Shown: in pieces, positions 1-11,549 of the stretch | Layout: each line of letters opens with the position of its first letter | Numbering within the stretch: the first letter of the stretch is position 1 | From: Camelus ferus | Taxonomy: Eukaryota | Assembly (NCBI RefSeq): GCF_009834535.1 | Contig: NC_045696.1 | Location: 3,412,001-3,476,000, forward strand | Reading direction: 5' to 3' | Length of the DNA stretch: 64,000 bases | Made by a program: the position numbers and the translations under genes | Notes under the pieces: model-generated | The model's database searches: none | What the model was told of the DNA's origin: nothing | Seen by the model: only the letters and a program-made list of their open reading frames with translations

Positions 1-1224
1 CACGCCTCGGGGCCTGGTGTCCTTGCACCCACCCGGACAGAGGCTCGTCCCACGCGGGGCCGACCTTGGGGATGTTTGTTTCACGTTTTCCAAAAAGCAA
101 ACTTCTGCAGGAACTTGAGAACTAGCTCTAAATGCTCTTCATGTCGGAAAACAGAAACCGCAGGAGAAAAAGAAAAGACAAGGGGCCAGTTTTCCCTCTG
201 ATGTTTTAATTCCCAGGAGGGGGCCTTCCGGCCTGGTCACGGCGCCCACACACCAGGTCTCCTCAGAAGGTTCGCGGGACGAGTGTTGGCCTCCCTGCTG
301 GGACTCACATTTTAAATATTAAGTAAAACCCACTGGAAGTTCCCTGTGATTCTATGCAGGTAAGTGACTGGCCTCACGTGCTGGCCCTGGCCCAACCCTT
401 CCCATCCCGGCTGTGAGGGCACCGAGGTCCTGGAACCAGGCACACGGGCGCCCTCGTGTCCTTGGGGCCAAGGGGCGGAGACAAGGTGAAGGCACCGTGT
501 CTCCAGCATCTGCAGGACCAGCTCCTCGGGCAGCTGGCTTTTTCTCCGGTGACGACGAAATCACCCAGAAAGGGCGCTGCCGCGTGGAGAAGTGTGCTGT
601 GACCCTGCCCTGCTGTGTGACTGGGATGGTTCACTGGAGCTCTCTGGGCCCAACTTCCTCATTTCAAGGATGAGGCCAGGGTTGACCACACTTTGTTGAG
701 TTGTATCAAAGGTCTGTTATCTCGAGAGAATGAAGACGTGAACATGGGAGGGTGGTCTGGCTGGGGAAGCTGCCGGCCCAGGGAGGAGACGGGGACCTGG
801 GCCAGCCGCTGCAGGGCCGTGTCCACGTGGCAGTGCCCTGACGGGGACAGGACTGAACAGGGTCAGTGAGTGGAAGGGTTTTCATGACCAAACCTTGTGG
901 GCCCCCAACTGGACTAGAAGGCACCCCCCTGAGGCAGCTGGTAACTTTACTACTAAAGTTGAATTGAAGTTACCACTGCTCACCCCCTATTTGGAGCTCC
1001 AAGTGTGGCAGGGGACCCCAGCGGTAAGCAGCACCTGCCTCCCGGGAAGGCTCTTTCCTTCCGACCCCAACAGCCACTCCCTCCGCTGCTGGATGCCTGG
1101 TGCCCCACAGAGAGATCTGTGCACCCCTTAGCTAATTATCAAAATACAAATTCTCCCGTAAACGGAAAGGCCAAGGGGCAGCGCTCCCAATACCTGCCGG
1201 TCGCGCTCGCGCCAGCACGAGGGA

Positions 1225-1440
1225 GGCACTGTAGCTCGGCAGCTAAGAGAACGGACCCCAGATCCAAATCCCAAATCTGCCACTTCCCAGTCACATGCCC
1301 AGGGGTACATCTTCACCTCCTTGCCCAGATCCCCGTCTGAGAAATAGGGACAATAAAAACACGACGCCATGGGATTGTCGGGGCCCTGAACAAGGAAACG
1401 TTGGTGCGGTGCTTAGAACCCGTCACGTGAGGCTAATGTT
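1225..1440. mobile_element. Degenerate MIR SINE
   Basis: Diverged MIR-core-like words (aaatcccaaatctgccactt...ctgagaaatagggacaata...gtgcttagaac); boundaries approximate. Confidence 0.45.
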
Positions 1441-2339
1441 AGTAGGATCACGGTTCCTCCCCTGAGAACGGCTTTGAGCAGGAGGTGAGGGAGACTCCAA
1501 TGAGACAAAGGGGTCAGGAAGGACATGGGGAGAGATCAGCTCAAGTCTGGGGGACAAGCCACTGGAATCTGGGGGCATTCCAGCTCTTCCAAGAGAGCGG
1601 GGCTCCAGCTCTACAGGGCAGAGCAGAGCACGCAGCCTCCGGGGCCCCGGGCTCTGCACAGAGAGGGCTGCAGGCACCGTGCGGGGGGGTGGGGCGGGGG
1701 AGGCAGCCGTGGGAATGCGCCCCAGGGCCTGCCCCCTCCCCATGTGGCCCTGCATGAGTCATTTCTGCGGGGTGCTGGCCCTTTTCCATCTGGAACTGCT
1801 GTGAAGCGGGCTCCCCCCGAGGATGGGCTTGTGCAGGGGGGCGAGAACAAAAGAAAACACACACCTAAACCCAGTCACCCACGGAGGAAACAGTCAACAA
1901 TGCGATCCTTGTTCAGGTGTGCCTCCTGAGATGATGCAGAGAAAGAACCCACAGATGAGGGCACAGATGGGGGCGCAGGTGAGGACCAGAGCCAGTCTCA
2001 GGCTGCCGCCCACCCCCCAGCCGGCATCACCTCTGACAGCGTTAAGGAAGCATCACTAAAAGCTACCAACCGTGGTCTGTGATCTTTTCTTCTACTTTTT
2101 AAAAAAATCTCAAAACCTTCTCAGAAACAAGTCTGGCACCCCCCACAGTGTGGTTAGGTCTGTTCCGACAACACTGCAGCCCAAACGGACGTCATCCGAT
2201 CTCAGGGAGCTACATTCAGACCCAGAGGAATGAGGCCCACGTGCCCCTCGACAGCTCAGAGGGTGTCCACACTCTCAAAGGCTCAAAGCACTGCTTGGAG
2301 CTCGTGACGTCTGTCCCCGTCACGTCACACGGGACATGC

Positions 2340-2865
2340 GGCTGGCCCCCGGCTCGCAGAGCTCGGAGGAGAATTTTACCTACTAGGTCACCGGTTTACT
2401 GTAAAGGGGTGTAACTCAGGGACCGGCAGATGGAAGAGACGCAGAGGGCAGGTGTGGGGTGGGGCCCCGGGCTTCCGTGACCTCTCCAGAGTCACTCTCC
2501 CCAAATCTCCACGGGTCCACCAATGTGGACGCTCCCTGAACCCCATTTTGGGGTTTTTTTTATGGAGTTCTCATTACAGAAACACAATTGATGAAATCAT
2601 TGGCAATTGAACTCAGTCTCCAGCCTGTCCCCTCCCTGGCGGCTGGGGAGGGACTGAATGCTCCAGGCCTCCAATCACATGGGTTGGTTCTCCCGGCCAC
2701 CAGCCCCTATCCTAAGGTTTGGCCAAAGGTCACCTCATTAACATAACAGAACCACCCTTAATGCCATCATCATTTAGGAAATTCCAAGGGTTTTAGAAGC
2801 CCCTGCCAGGAACAGTGGACGAAGACCAAATACGAATTTCTTACTATAAACTACAATATCACGGG
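2340..2865 (+). mobile_element. LTR remnant, MER21-like
   Basis: Recognised motifs (attgatgaaatcattggc, cacctcattaacataac, ggaaattccaagggttttag, ending tatcac); family from memory; boundaries approximate. Confidence 0.55.
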
Positions 2866-2992
2866 CATGAAACACCAACCCCCGCAACCCACCCTTTGCC
2901 CAAAACACCAGGACACGCTGCGCCGTGACCGTCGGGGGGTGAGGGCGGGACTCAGCGTCAGACGCATCGCACCCACCTCGGGCGGGGGCGCC

Positions 2993-3174
2993 TTATTCAC
3001 GGAACACCTGGTAGCTGAAGTTGTCGGCCTGGGTTCTGAAGCTGTACTTTCCCGTCACTCTCTGGTATCGCGTGATGAGAAGGGCAGCTGCCCCCGCCAC
3101 CGCGGCGAGGACGGCCACTGCGATGAGGACCAGGTAACCGGAGCCCAGGCCCGGCTCTGCACCCGGAGGTGGTC
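2993..3174 (-). CDS. UMODL1: UMODL1 exon 21 coding part, transmembrane helix and cytoplasmic tail
   Basis: [39 protein letters not shown]...[13 protein letters not shown](TAA). Confidence 0.94.
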
Positions 3175-6100
3175 CTGCAGGGACAAGATAGGCACAGGTG
3201 GGAGGTCTGGTCCCCAGGGGGGCCCAGCATCGCCCCTGGAGCGTGGTGGGGCTCAGGACGGAGCCCGCCGTGGGGCAAGTGCTCACATGTCGGCCACTCT
3301 GTAAAGGTATCACAATGTGGCTGTGTACCTGCGGGTTCCCAAAAGTGCAGGGGCAGGCGTCCGAAGCCCAAGGGAGCACAGGAGCCAGGACGGCTCAGCC
3401 CACTCGTGTTCTTGATGATCCAAGAGGATCTCACTGCGCGGGAGCAACAGGGTTTCAGGCGGAGGCAAGGATCTCAGTGGACCCCGCACAGAGACACCGC
3501 ACGCGGGGCCTGCCCTCCCCAGACACAGGGCCTGCCCTCCCCAGACCCGGGGCCGAGAAAAACACAGGAGCGCCTGGACCCACATTTCAACTATTTTCGC
3601 TGAAAATAGTGACTCACATAAATACTTGGACATGCAGGTTCACAGCAGTATCCCCACAACCACAAGGGGGGGCAGCCCGAACATCCATCAAAGGATGAGG
3701 GAGTAAACCCAGTGCGGTGCACGGCACTTGGCCATAAAAGAAAGGGGTGAGATGCCGACACACGCCACTACGTGGATCAGCCGTGAGAACGTTCACCGTG
3801 GGGCAGTCACCGAGGACCACACGTCCATCATGTGACTCTGTTTCTAGGGACAACCAAGACAGAAAGCCAATCTCGAAGATTTCAGGGACAGGGGAGGGTC
3901 TGGGGAGTCTCTCCCAGTGGGCAAGGAGCTGCCTTTGGGGAGATGAAAAAGTTCTGAAACCAGAGAGCGGTGGTGTTTGCACAACACTGTGAATGTGCTA
4001 AGTGCCACTCAACTGTTGATTTTAAAACAGGGAACTTTCTATTAGGTGACTTTTATCTCAATTTTATCACAGGAGCTTATTAAAAAGTCTGGGTAGGAAA
4101 GAGCCTTCCTGGGCAACAAGGGGTAACTGAGATTCCATTTCCCATTCCCAGGGCTGTTGCCGGGAGTGGCTGCAGCTCTGGGTCTCCCGGTCATGGCTTA
4201 GGTGTGTGCAGTCACCCGAGTGCCCAATAATGGCCTAGAAGAGGCCCCCTCCTGACCGCCTGCTCGGTGACCCTGCTAGAACCCGGGCAACCCCCCATCC
4301 AGATAGAGGGACACACTGGGACAGGGACACTGGTGACGGTTGCTGGAGCAGCTGCAACCTCCAAGGAGCCTGAGGCCCCCAGACTCTGGGGCATCAGCTC
4401 CCTGACAACTTTTCCCTGGATGGGCCTTAAATCTAGCCTCCAGTGGGCCCTACCCTGTGGAAAGTCGGGCCCTCCACAAATGTTGCTGTCACTTGTACTA
4501 GTATGAGTCTTTAGGAAAATCTTAGGATTTCCATGCTCCCAAGTGGTTGCTTGTTGGTGTCCATGCTGGTGAAGTGCATGTTTTCATTAATTGTCTAAAC
4601 CAACTCACCAACTCACCTTCGGAGCGAATGAGGGGCCCCCAGGACATCTGGTGCGTCACAGATGTCTCCCCACTTCTCGGTGACCGAAAGTCATCGCAAT
4701 TCTGTTGTTTTAAAAGGAAAGAAAGTTCAAATTAGTTGAACAATGTTTATGAGAAATGAACCTGCTCTCAGGAGCGATACTCTGATTCGTACTTTTTTCC
4801 TGCTGGAAAGATCAAGTCACGATGGATGAGTTCAGTCAAGGGAGAAGGAGGCAGGGGGAAGCCGGACCACCTGGACCGCGGGGCTGTGCCGGGCGCGTTG
4901 GCCCAGTGGGATGGGGGCAGGGCTGGGCGGCGGGAGGGTTGGAGGAAGAGAGACGCAGCCCCCAGAGCTGTCTTAGGTACTAGCTCTGGCCCCGTGGGCG
5001 CGGGGGAGCCTCCTTTGTGTTCTCCACGCCTGCTGCCAACAGCTGCCCCTCTGAAGGCCTTTGCCTTACAAAAAGGTTCAGTGACATGACAGGATCTGCT
5101 TACTATATCCCTGCTATGGGGTGCACTGTGTCCCCTGAAAGATGCTGCAGTCTTAGCCCCAGCCAGTGGAAGTGACCTTAACTGGAAACAGGGACTTTGC
5201 CAATGATCAAGTTAAGATGGGGTCATTACAGTGGCGGTCCTTGTACAAAGAGAAAATTTGAACACAGACTCAGACACGCGCAGACAGACGACGTGTGAAG
5301 ACTGCCGTCCACCAGCCAGGAAGAGGGCCCAGGAGAGGACTGTCCCTCACAGCCTCAGAAGGGACAACCCAGCCGACGCCTTGACCTCAGACTTCCGGCC
5401 TCCAGAGCTGCGCGAGGATAAACCTCTGTGATCAAAGCCGCCCAGCCTGGAGTACTTCGCTACGGCCGCCCCAGGACACCAAGCCAACACCACCCTAAAG
5501 GGACACGGAGAGAAATCTGTGAAGCTCATACTGTAGAGAGTCTGAGACCGGCAGCTCCCGGCCGAGGCTGCTGCGGCCTGAGCACTCTCAGGGTCCCAAA
5601 GGGGCCGCGGGACCAGGTGCAGGCTTGCAGCCCCCTCGGCTGGCAGGTATCAGGGGTCCGTGTTCCTTCCCTCCTGTTGTTTCGGACGATCTACTGTTTG
5701 CGAAAAGGAGATGACAAATCAGGGGTCACTGGGTATCTTCTCCTGTATCCAGTTGGTCACCCAGGAAAGCTGTCCCCCAAAGGAGAGAGAAACACACAGC
5801 AGCTGAACCCGAGGCCAGCAGAGCCCCCTCCGCCGTCCTCGGCCCCAGCTGGGACAGTCACCCCACACACTTGTCTGTGGAAGAATATCTCTTCAACCAA
5901 GAATGCAAAGCACATTTCAAATTCAAAGGTCTGCAGAAATGAGAATGTGAAATCATTCAGAATCCCAGCATACACGCTGAATGGGAAAGAGAGGGGAAAA
6001 AAAAACCCTGATTAAATATCGCAGTGGCTAGGATTCAGTAGTGTTCCATCGACGTTGCTAAAAGTAGCACTAAATTAAAGTCACATTTTCACTCCTAAAT

Positions 6101-9100
6101 ATGTGTTAAATCACCTCGAGGAGAAGCATTGTAGCACCATGACAAGGAAGGTCTGGTGTGCAGGCCAGTGGAGCGGTACAGTCTCAGAGGGACTCGGCGA
6201 CATCAGAACCCCACCCAGGGCTGCCCACCAGTGAACCCTCACTTCACGCCTTTTAAGGGCCAAGTCTGCAGGGCCAGCACCTCCTCCCCAAAGGCGGGGG
6301 CCCCGGAGCCGCCCAAGCCCTGGGCTCCCCTTAACAAGGAGCGTGTGCATCCAGAGGTCAGAACAGCAAAGCACCTACTATTTGGCACGTGGTTCCAGGG
6401 GATTCCAGGCAGATGCGGAGTTTGCAGTGCAGGTAGACCATGGAGTTGTTGGTGAAAGAAAAGATTTTCAGCTTAACCTGAGCCTTGTAGGAGTTTCCGT
6501 TCTCGATCACAATGGTGTGTGTGTTGGGGATGGGGCAGCTGGGAAGAGAGGAATGTGACTCATTAGTTCTAAACCAGCAGTCCTGTCCTCGTTCCCAGGT
6601 GAGTTTCCTTCCAATGCACCTGAGGCACATGGAGCACCCCCACGAGGCTCCGAGAAGGCAAGGATGGCTAGCTCTCCAGTCCCCAAGTTCCCAAGTGGAG
6701 GGTCTCCTGCAGGCGCTACCTAAAACCCAGGTCTGCATCCGTGTTGCCTGGAAATTCAGAGTCCAAAGCAGGCTACATCGGGGGACAGGTGCCCTGTGCC
6801 CCCAGAGCTCCTACCTGTTGTTAATGAAGCCAAACATGACGGGGTCCCTGGCGTTGCTGGACGGCGTCGCCCAGCACTCAGTCAGGACCACCTTGAGGTT
6901 GCTTTTCTGTTTATAGAGCCCTACTTCGATCTTGATGTCATCGCTGGCAGACACGCTGTAATTTTGAGGAATAGGAGAGTCTCCAATAAATAACTGCATC
7001 TCAGTGACAAAGCTTCCAGAGCCGTGGAGGTCCTCGATGATGGTGTAAACCCTGCAGGAGGGAGCATTTGCAGGGGGTCAGCTTCTGTGACCCACCCTGT
7101 TCCCATTCCTCCCCCAAATGCATCTCCAAAGGAGTATGGAACTAGGGAAGACCCCCCAAATGAGAACAAGCCTAGAATGGTTATTTCTTCTGAGCTGGCT
7201 AGAGCTTGGGTCAGCCCATCACTGGCATTTTGTGGCAGGCAGAGGAGGGGTGAGCTTCTCAGGGAAATGGGGGGCTCAGGTGTGCCTGATGGGGGTGCCA
7301 TCATGGGCAGCTCACTAGGAGGGGCAACCTAGGTGACTGGCTCGGGGGACAGGTCTGGTTTCTCCGGTTGGTCCTAAGCTAGAAATGGGGACAAAAATCA
7401 GGGAAGCTGGCATTATCAGGTCCTGGCCACCATCCTTTTATACCTTCGGTCTCTGAGAAGGATCCTCAAGGGACTGAAACCCTAAAGACCTCCCTACTCC
7501 CGCCAGGTGATGGCACTGGGAGGAGCGTGAGCCTCAGAGCTGCAGGGGACCTCTGCACTCACCCCCACTCAGGGGTGTAGCCCGATGACATGAGGAGGTC
7601 ATTCTGGAAGGCACAGTGGATGGGGCTCAGGATCTTCGGGTGGTGGATGACGCCCTCTGGGGACACGTCGTTCCTCAGCACGGTCCTCACCACCGTATTC
7701 GTCATGTTCTGAACACACACAGGCAGTGCGTGAGGTCTTCGGCCCCAGCACAGCTCCGGGTGCAGGGGGATGTTTAATGCTCACTCCCCCGAATACAGCC
7801 CCTGCCCGCTTTCCCCAGTACGAGTCGCCAGAGAGAGCACAGGGTCAGGACACTTGGTTTGGCCTGTTTCGTGTGCCCATTGTCTTCAATGGAAGAGAAC
7901 CAGTGACAAACTAGGTCAGACGAGATCCCAAAAATAAATCAAATTCCTCCCCAGATGATCCCTAAGTACATTTCTGAAAACCAGAGTGCAAAGCCCTCAC
8001 CAAAGAAATCAAGAGTTGGGAATGTACATTGGTGCAGCCGTTACGGAGAACAGTGTGGAGGATCCTTAAAAAATTAAAAATAGATTAACCATATGATCCA
8101 GCAATCCCACTCCTGGGCATATACCCAGAGAAAACTCTAATCGAAAGGACACCTGCACCCCAATGTTCACAGCAGCATTATTTACAACAGCCAAGACACT
8201 GGGAACAACCTAAATGTCCATCAGCAGATGACTGGATAAAGAAGATGTGGTACATATACATAATAGAATATTACTCAGCCATAAAAAGAATGAAACAATG
8301 CCAATTGCAGCAACATGGATGGACCTAGAGATTATCATACTAAGTGAAGTCAGACAAATATCATACGATATCACGTACATGTGGAATCTAAAAAGATGAT
8401 ACAAATGAACTTATTTACAAAACAGAGGTGGATTCACAGACATAGCAAACAAACTATGGTTACCAAAGGGGAAAAGAGGAGAGGGATAAATTAGAAATTA
8501 GTATTAACAGATACACAGTACTATATATAAAACAGATAAACAATAAGTTTATACTGTATAGCACAGGAAGGTATATCCAATATCTTATATTGAAAAGTGG
8601 AAAAGAATCTGAAAAAGAATATACATATATCTGAATCATTTTGCTGTACACCTGAAACTAACACAACATTGTACTCAGCTATACTGCAACAAAAAAAAAA
8701 AAAGGAAAGAAAAAAGAAATCAAGAGTTAAAATAAATTGTTTGAAAAGTCTGTGACTTAGCAACCCACATTCTTCCTAATTCTGGGGAGAATAACATAGC
8801 ACAAGAGTTCAGAGGGCAACCTGAAGAAAATGAATGTGATCTGGAAGAGGACTCTGGGGACGTGAAATGATACCACAGCTCATGTCTGCGGACTCTAGTC
8901 CCCCGGGAACAATGTGATGTCCATTAGCGTTAATGAGATTAAGTCCATAAATAAAACTATGGAGCAAATCGGTTTTGAGCTAGAGAAATGATCCCAAGGT
9001 CACCTGGTATTAAGGAGAGATTGCTCAGAATGCGAACGTTTAGCAGAAAGAAGATTTTTCAGATAGTTGTGTACCAGTACAAGTAGATGGGCTTCCCAAC

Positions 9101-11503
9101 ATCAAAGAGAGTTCTGAAATTTCTCCAGAGCCCAAAACAGAGACGAAGACCCTGAGGTCTTCGGTGACCGCCCGTTTGCTCCGGTGGAGAGCACTGCAGG
9201 AGAAGACACACATTTCTGTGAAAACTGCCGTCTTATACTGATGCTGAAGTCTTTTGTTTAACAAAATGCCTGAAGCTGTGACTATCCATCTGAAGCGCTT
9301 TACTTGCTAATGGCTTGGAGTCTGACTGTCATGGTGGCGGACTCCCCGAGATCAGCACCCCTCCCTGACGCCTCCGAAAGCACCCCTGCGAGCACAGAGC
9401 ACAGGGCCGAGCGAGGGCCACCGGGGGTTCCCTGTGGTTACAACGGTGTCTCACAGCCGGTAGGGGACATTGCCTGCCCCCGTTACAGTCGCTGGCCTCT
9501 ACAGTTCAGAACTAGACAAGGGAAATACGTGTGAAATAGGTTCATCAGAGCCATCACATAAAGAGGAAACGGGGGTGTGGCTGAACTTACACCAGTGAAG
9601 AAGTGTGGATTAGAGGCAGTGGAAACTCAAAGCCAAGTAAAGCAGGTGCTATTGGAATTCTTGGAGGACAAAAGAGCAGAGCATAAGCCATATGGCAAAG
9701 GGTTCAGTCCTGACAAGGTCACCAGCACAGGGTTGGCTGAAAATAGAAATGTTGAGACTAACAATACCAATGAGGCCTGCGAATCTGACAGACGAGGAAC
9801 CCGGTGGCCAGACAAGCCTCGGTGGGTCTGAGAACAAAGTATCCGCAGGGAAAGCCTCGACAGGTAGGGAAGGCGTTGTCTGCTCTCTGACGATTGGATG
9901 TGAAAGTCCCTGAAGAGGACATTTTGAGGTCCCTTTCCCTTCTGCAGCTCCTGCACCTGCTCCATACTGGCTGTTTTATAAGAAATCATAGAATGGGTGT
10001 ATTTCCCTTGTGTGCATCTTAAACAGACCTGGACAAACTGATGAAGTTGCTTACATTAAAGAATCTGTAGCTCTTGAACATCATACTTAACAGTGAGAAG
10101 CTGAAAGCATTTCCTCTGAGATCAGGAACAAGATAAGGAAGCTCACTCTCACCGCTTTTATTCAACATAGTTTTGGAAATCCTAGCCACAGCTATCAGGC
10201 AAGAAAAAGGAATCCAGATTGGAAAGGGAGAAGTAAAACCGTCGCTGTTCGCACAGGACGTGGTCCCACACACAGACGCCACCAAGACACTCACCCATGA
10301 ATTCAGTGAAGTTGCAGGAACAAAACTAATATACAGAAATCTGCTGCATTTCTGTACACTAAGAACAAACTGTCAGAAAGAGAAATTAAGAAAGCAATCT
10401 CATTCACAATCACATTAAAAAAAAACACCTAGGAATCAATTTAAGAAAGTAAAAGACTTGTATTTGGAAAACCGCATAAAACACAAACAGGTGGACAGGC
10501 ACAGTGTCTTCATGGATTTGAAGAACTAGTATTGCTTAAATGGCCGTACTACCCAAAGCAGTCTACAGATTCGATGCAATCCTTGTCAAAATACCAATGG
10601 CATTTTTCATGGAACTAGAACAAATAATTCTGAAATTTATATGGAAGCACAAAAGACCCTGAATAGCTCAGACAATCTTGAGAAAGGACGAAGCTGTGGT
10701 GTCACAGCCCCGTACTTCAAACTGCACTACGAAGCTACAGCATTCAAAACAGCATGGCACTGGCACAAAAACAGACAGACCAATGGAACAGGACAGAGAG
10801 CCCAGGAATTAACCTACACGCTTACAGTCAATTCATCTACAAGAAAGGAGGCAAGAATATACAACGGGGAAAAGTCAGCCTCTTCAATAAATGGTGCTGG
10901 GAAAACACCAAACTAAATGAAGCTAAAAAGCTGCTGCACAGTGAAGGAAACTCTCAACAAAACCAAAAGGCCATCTACTTAGTGGGAGACGATATTAGCA
11001 AGTGATACGTCCAATAAAGGGCCAATATCCAAAGTGTACAAAGAACTCATACAACTTAACATCAAAACAACAAACCACCTGAGCACAGGGTCCAGGTAGA
11101 CAGTTTCCCAAAAACATACAGATGGCCACCAGGCACATGGAGTGATGTTCGACATCAGAACCACAGTGAGGTATCAGCTCACACCAGTCAGAACAGCCAT
11201 CATCAAACGTCTGCAGATAAATGCTGGAGAGCGTGTGGGAAACAAGGAACCCTCCCACACTGCCGGTGGGAATGCAACTGGTGCAGCCACTATGGAAAAC
11301 AGTATGGGTTCCTCAAAAAATTAAAAATAGAGCTACCATATGATCCAGCAATTTTATTCCTGGGTATCTATCTGAAGAAAACAAAAACATTAATTAGAAA
11401 AGATATATGCACCCCTGTGTTCATAGCATCATTATTTATAATAGCTAAGATGTGGAAGCAACCTAATGCCCATCAACAGATGAATAAATAAAGAAGATGC
11501 GTG

Positions 11504-11549
<46 letters not shown>

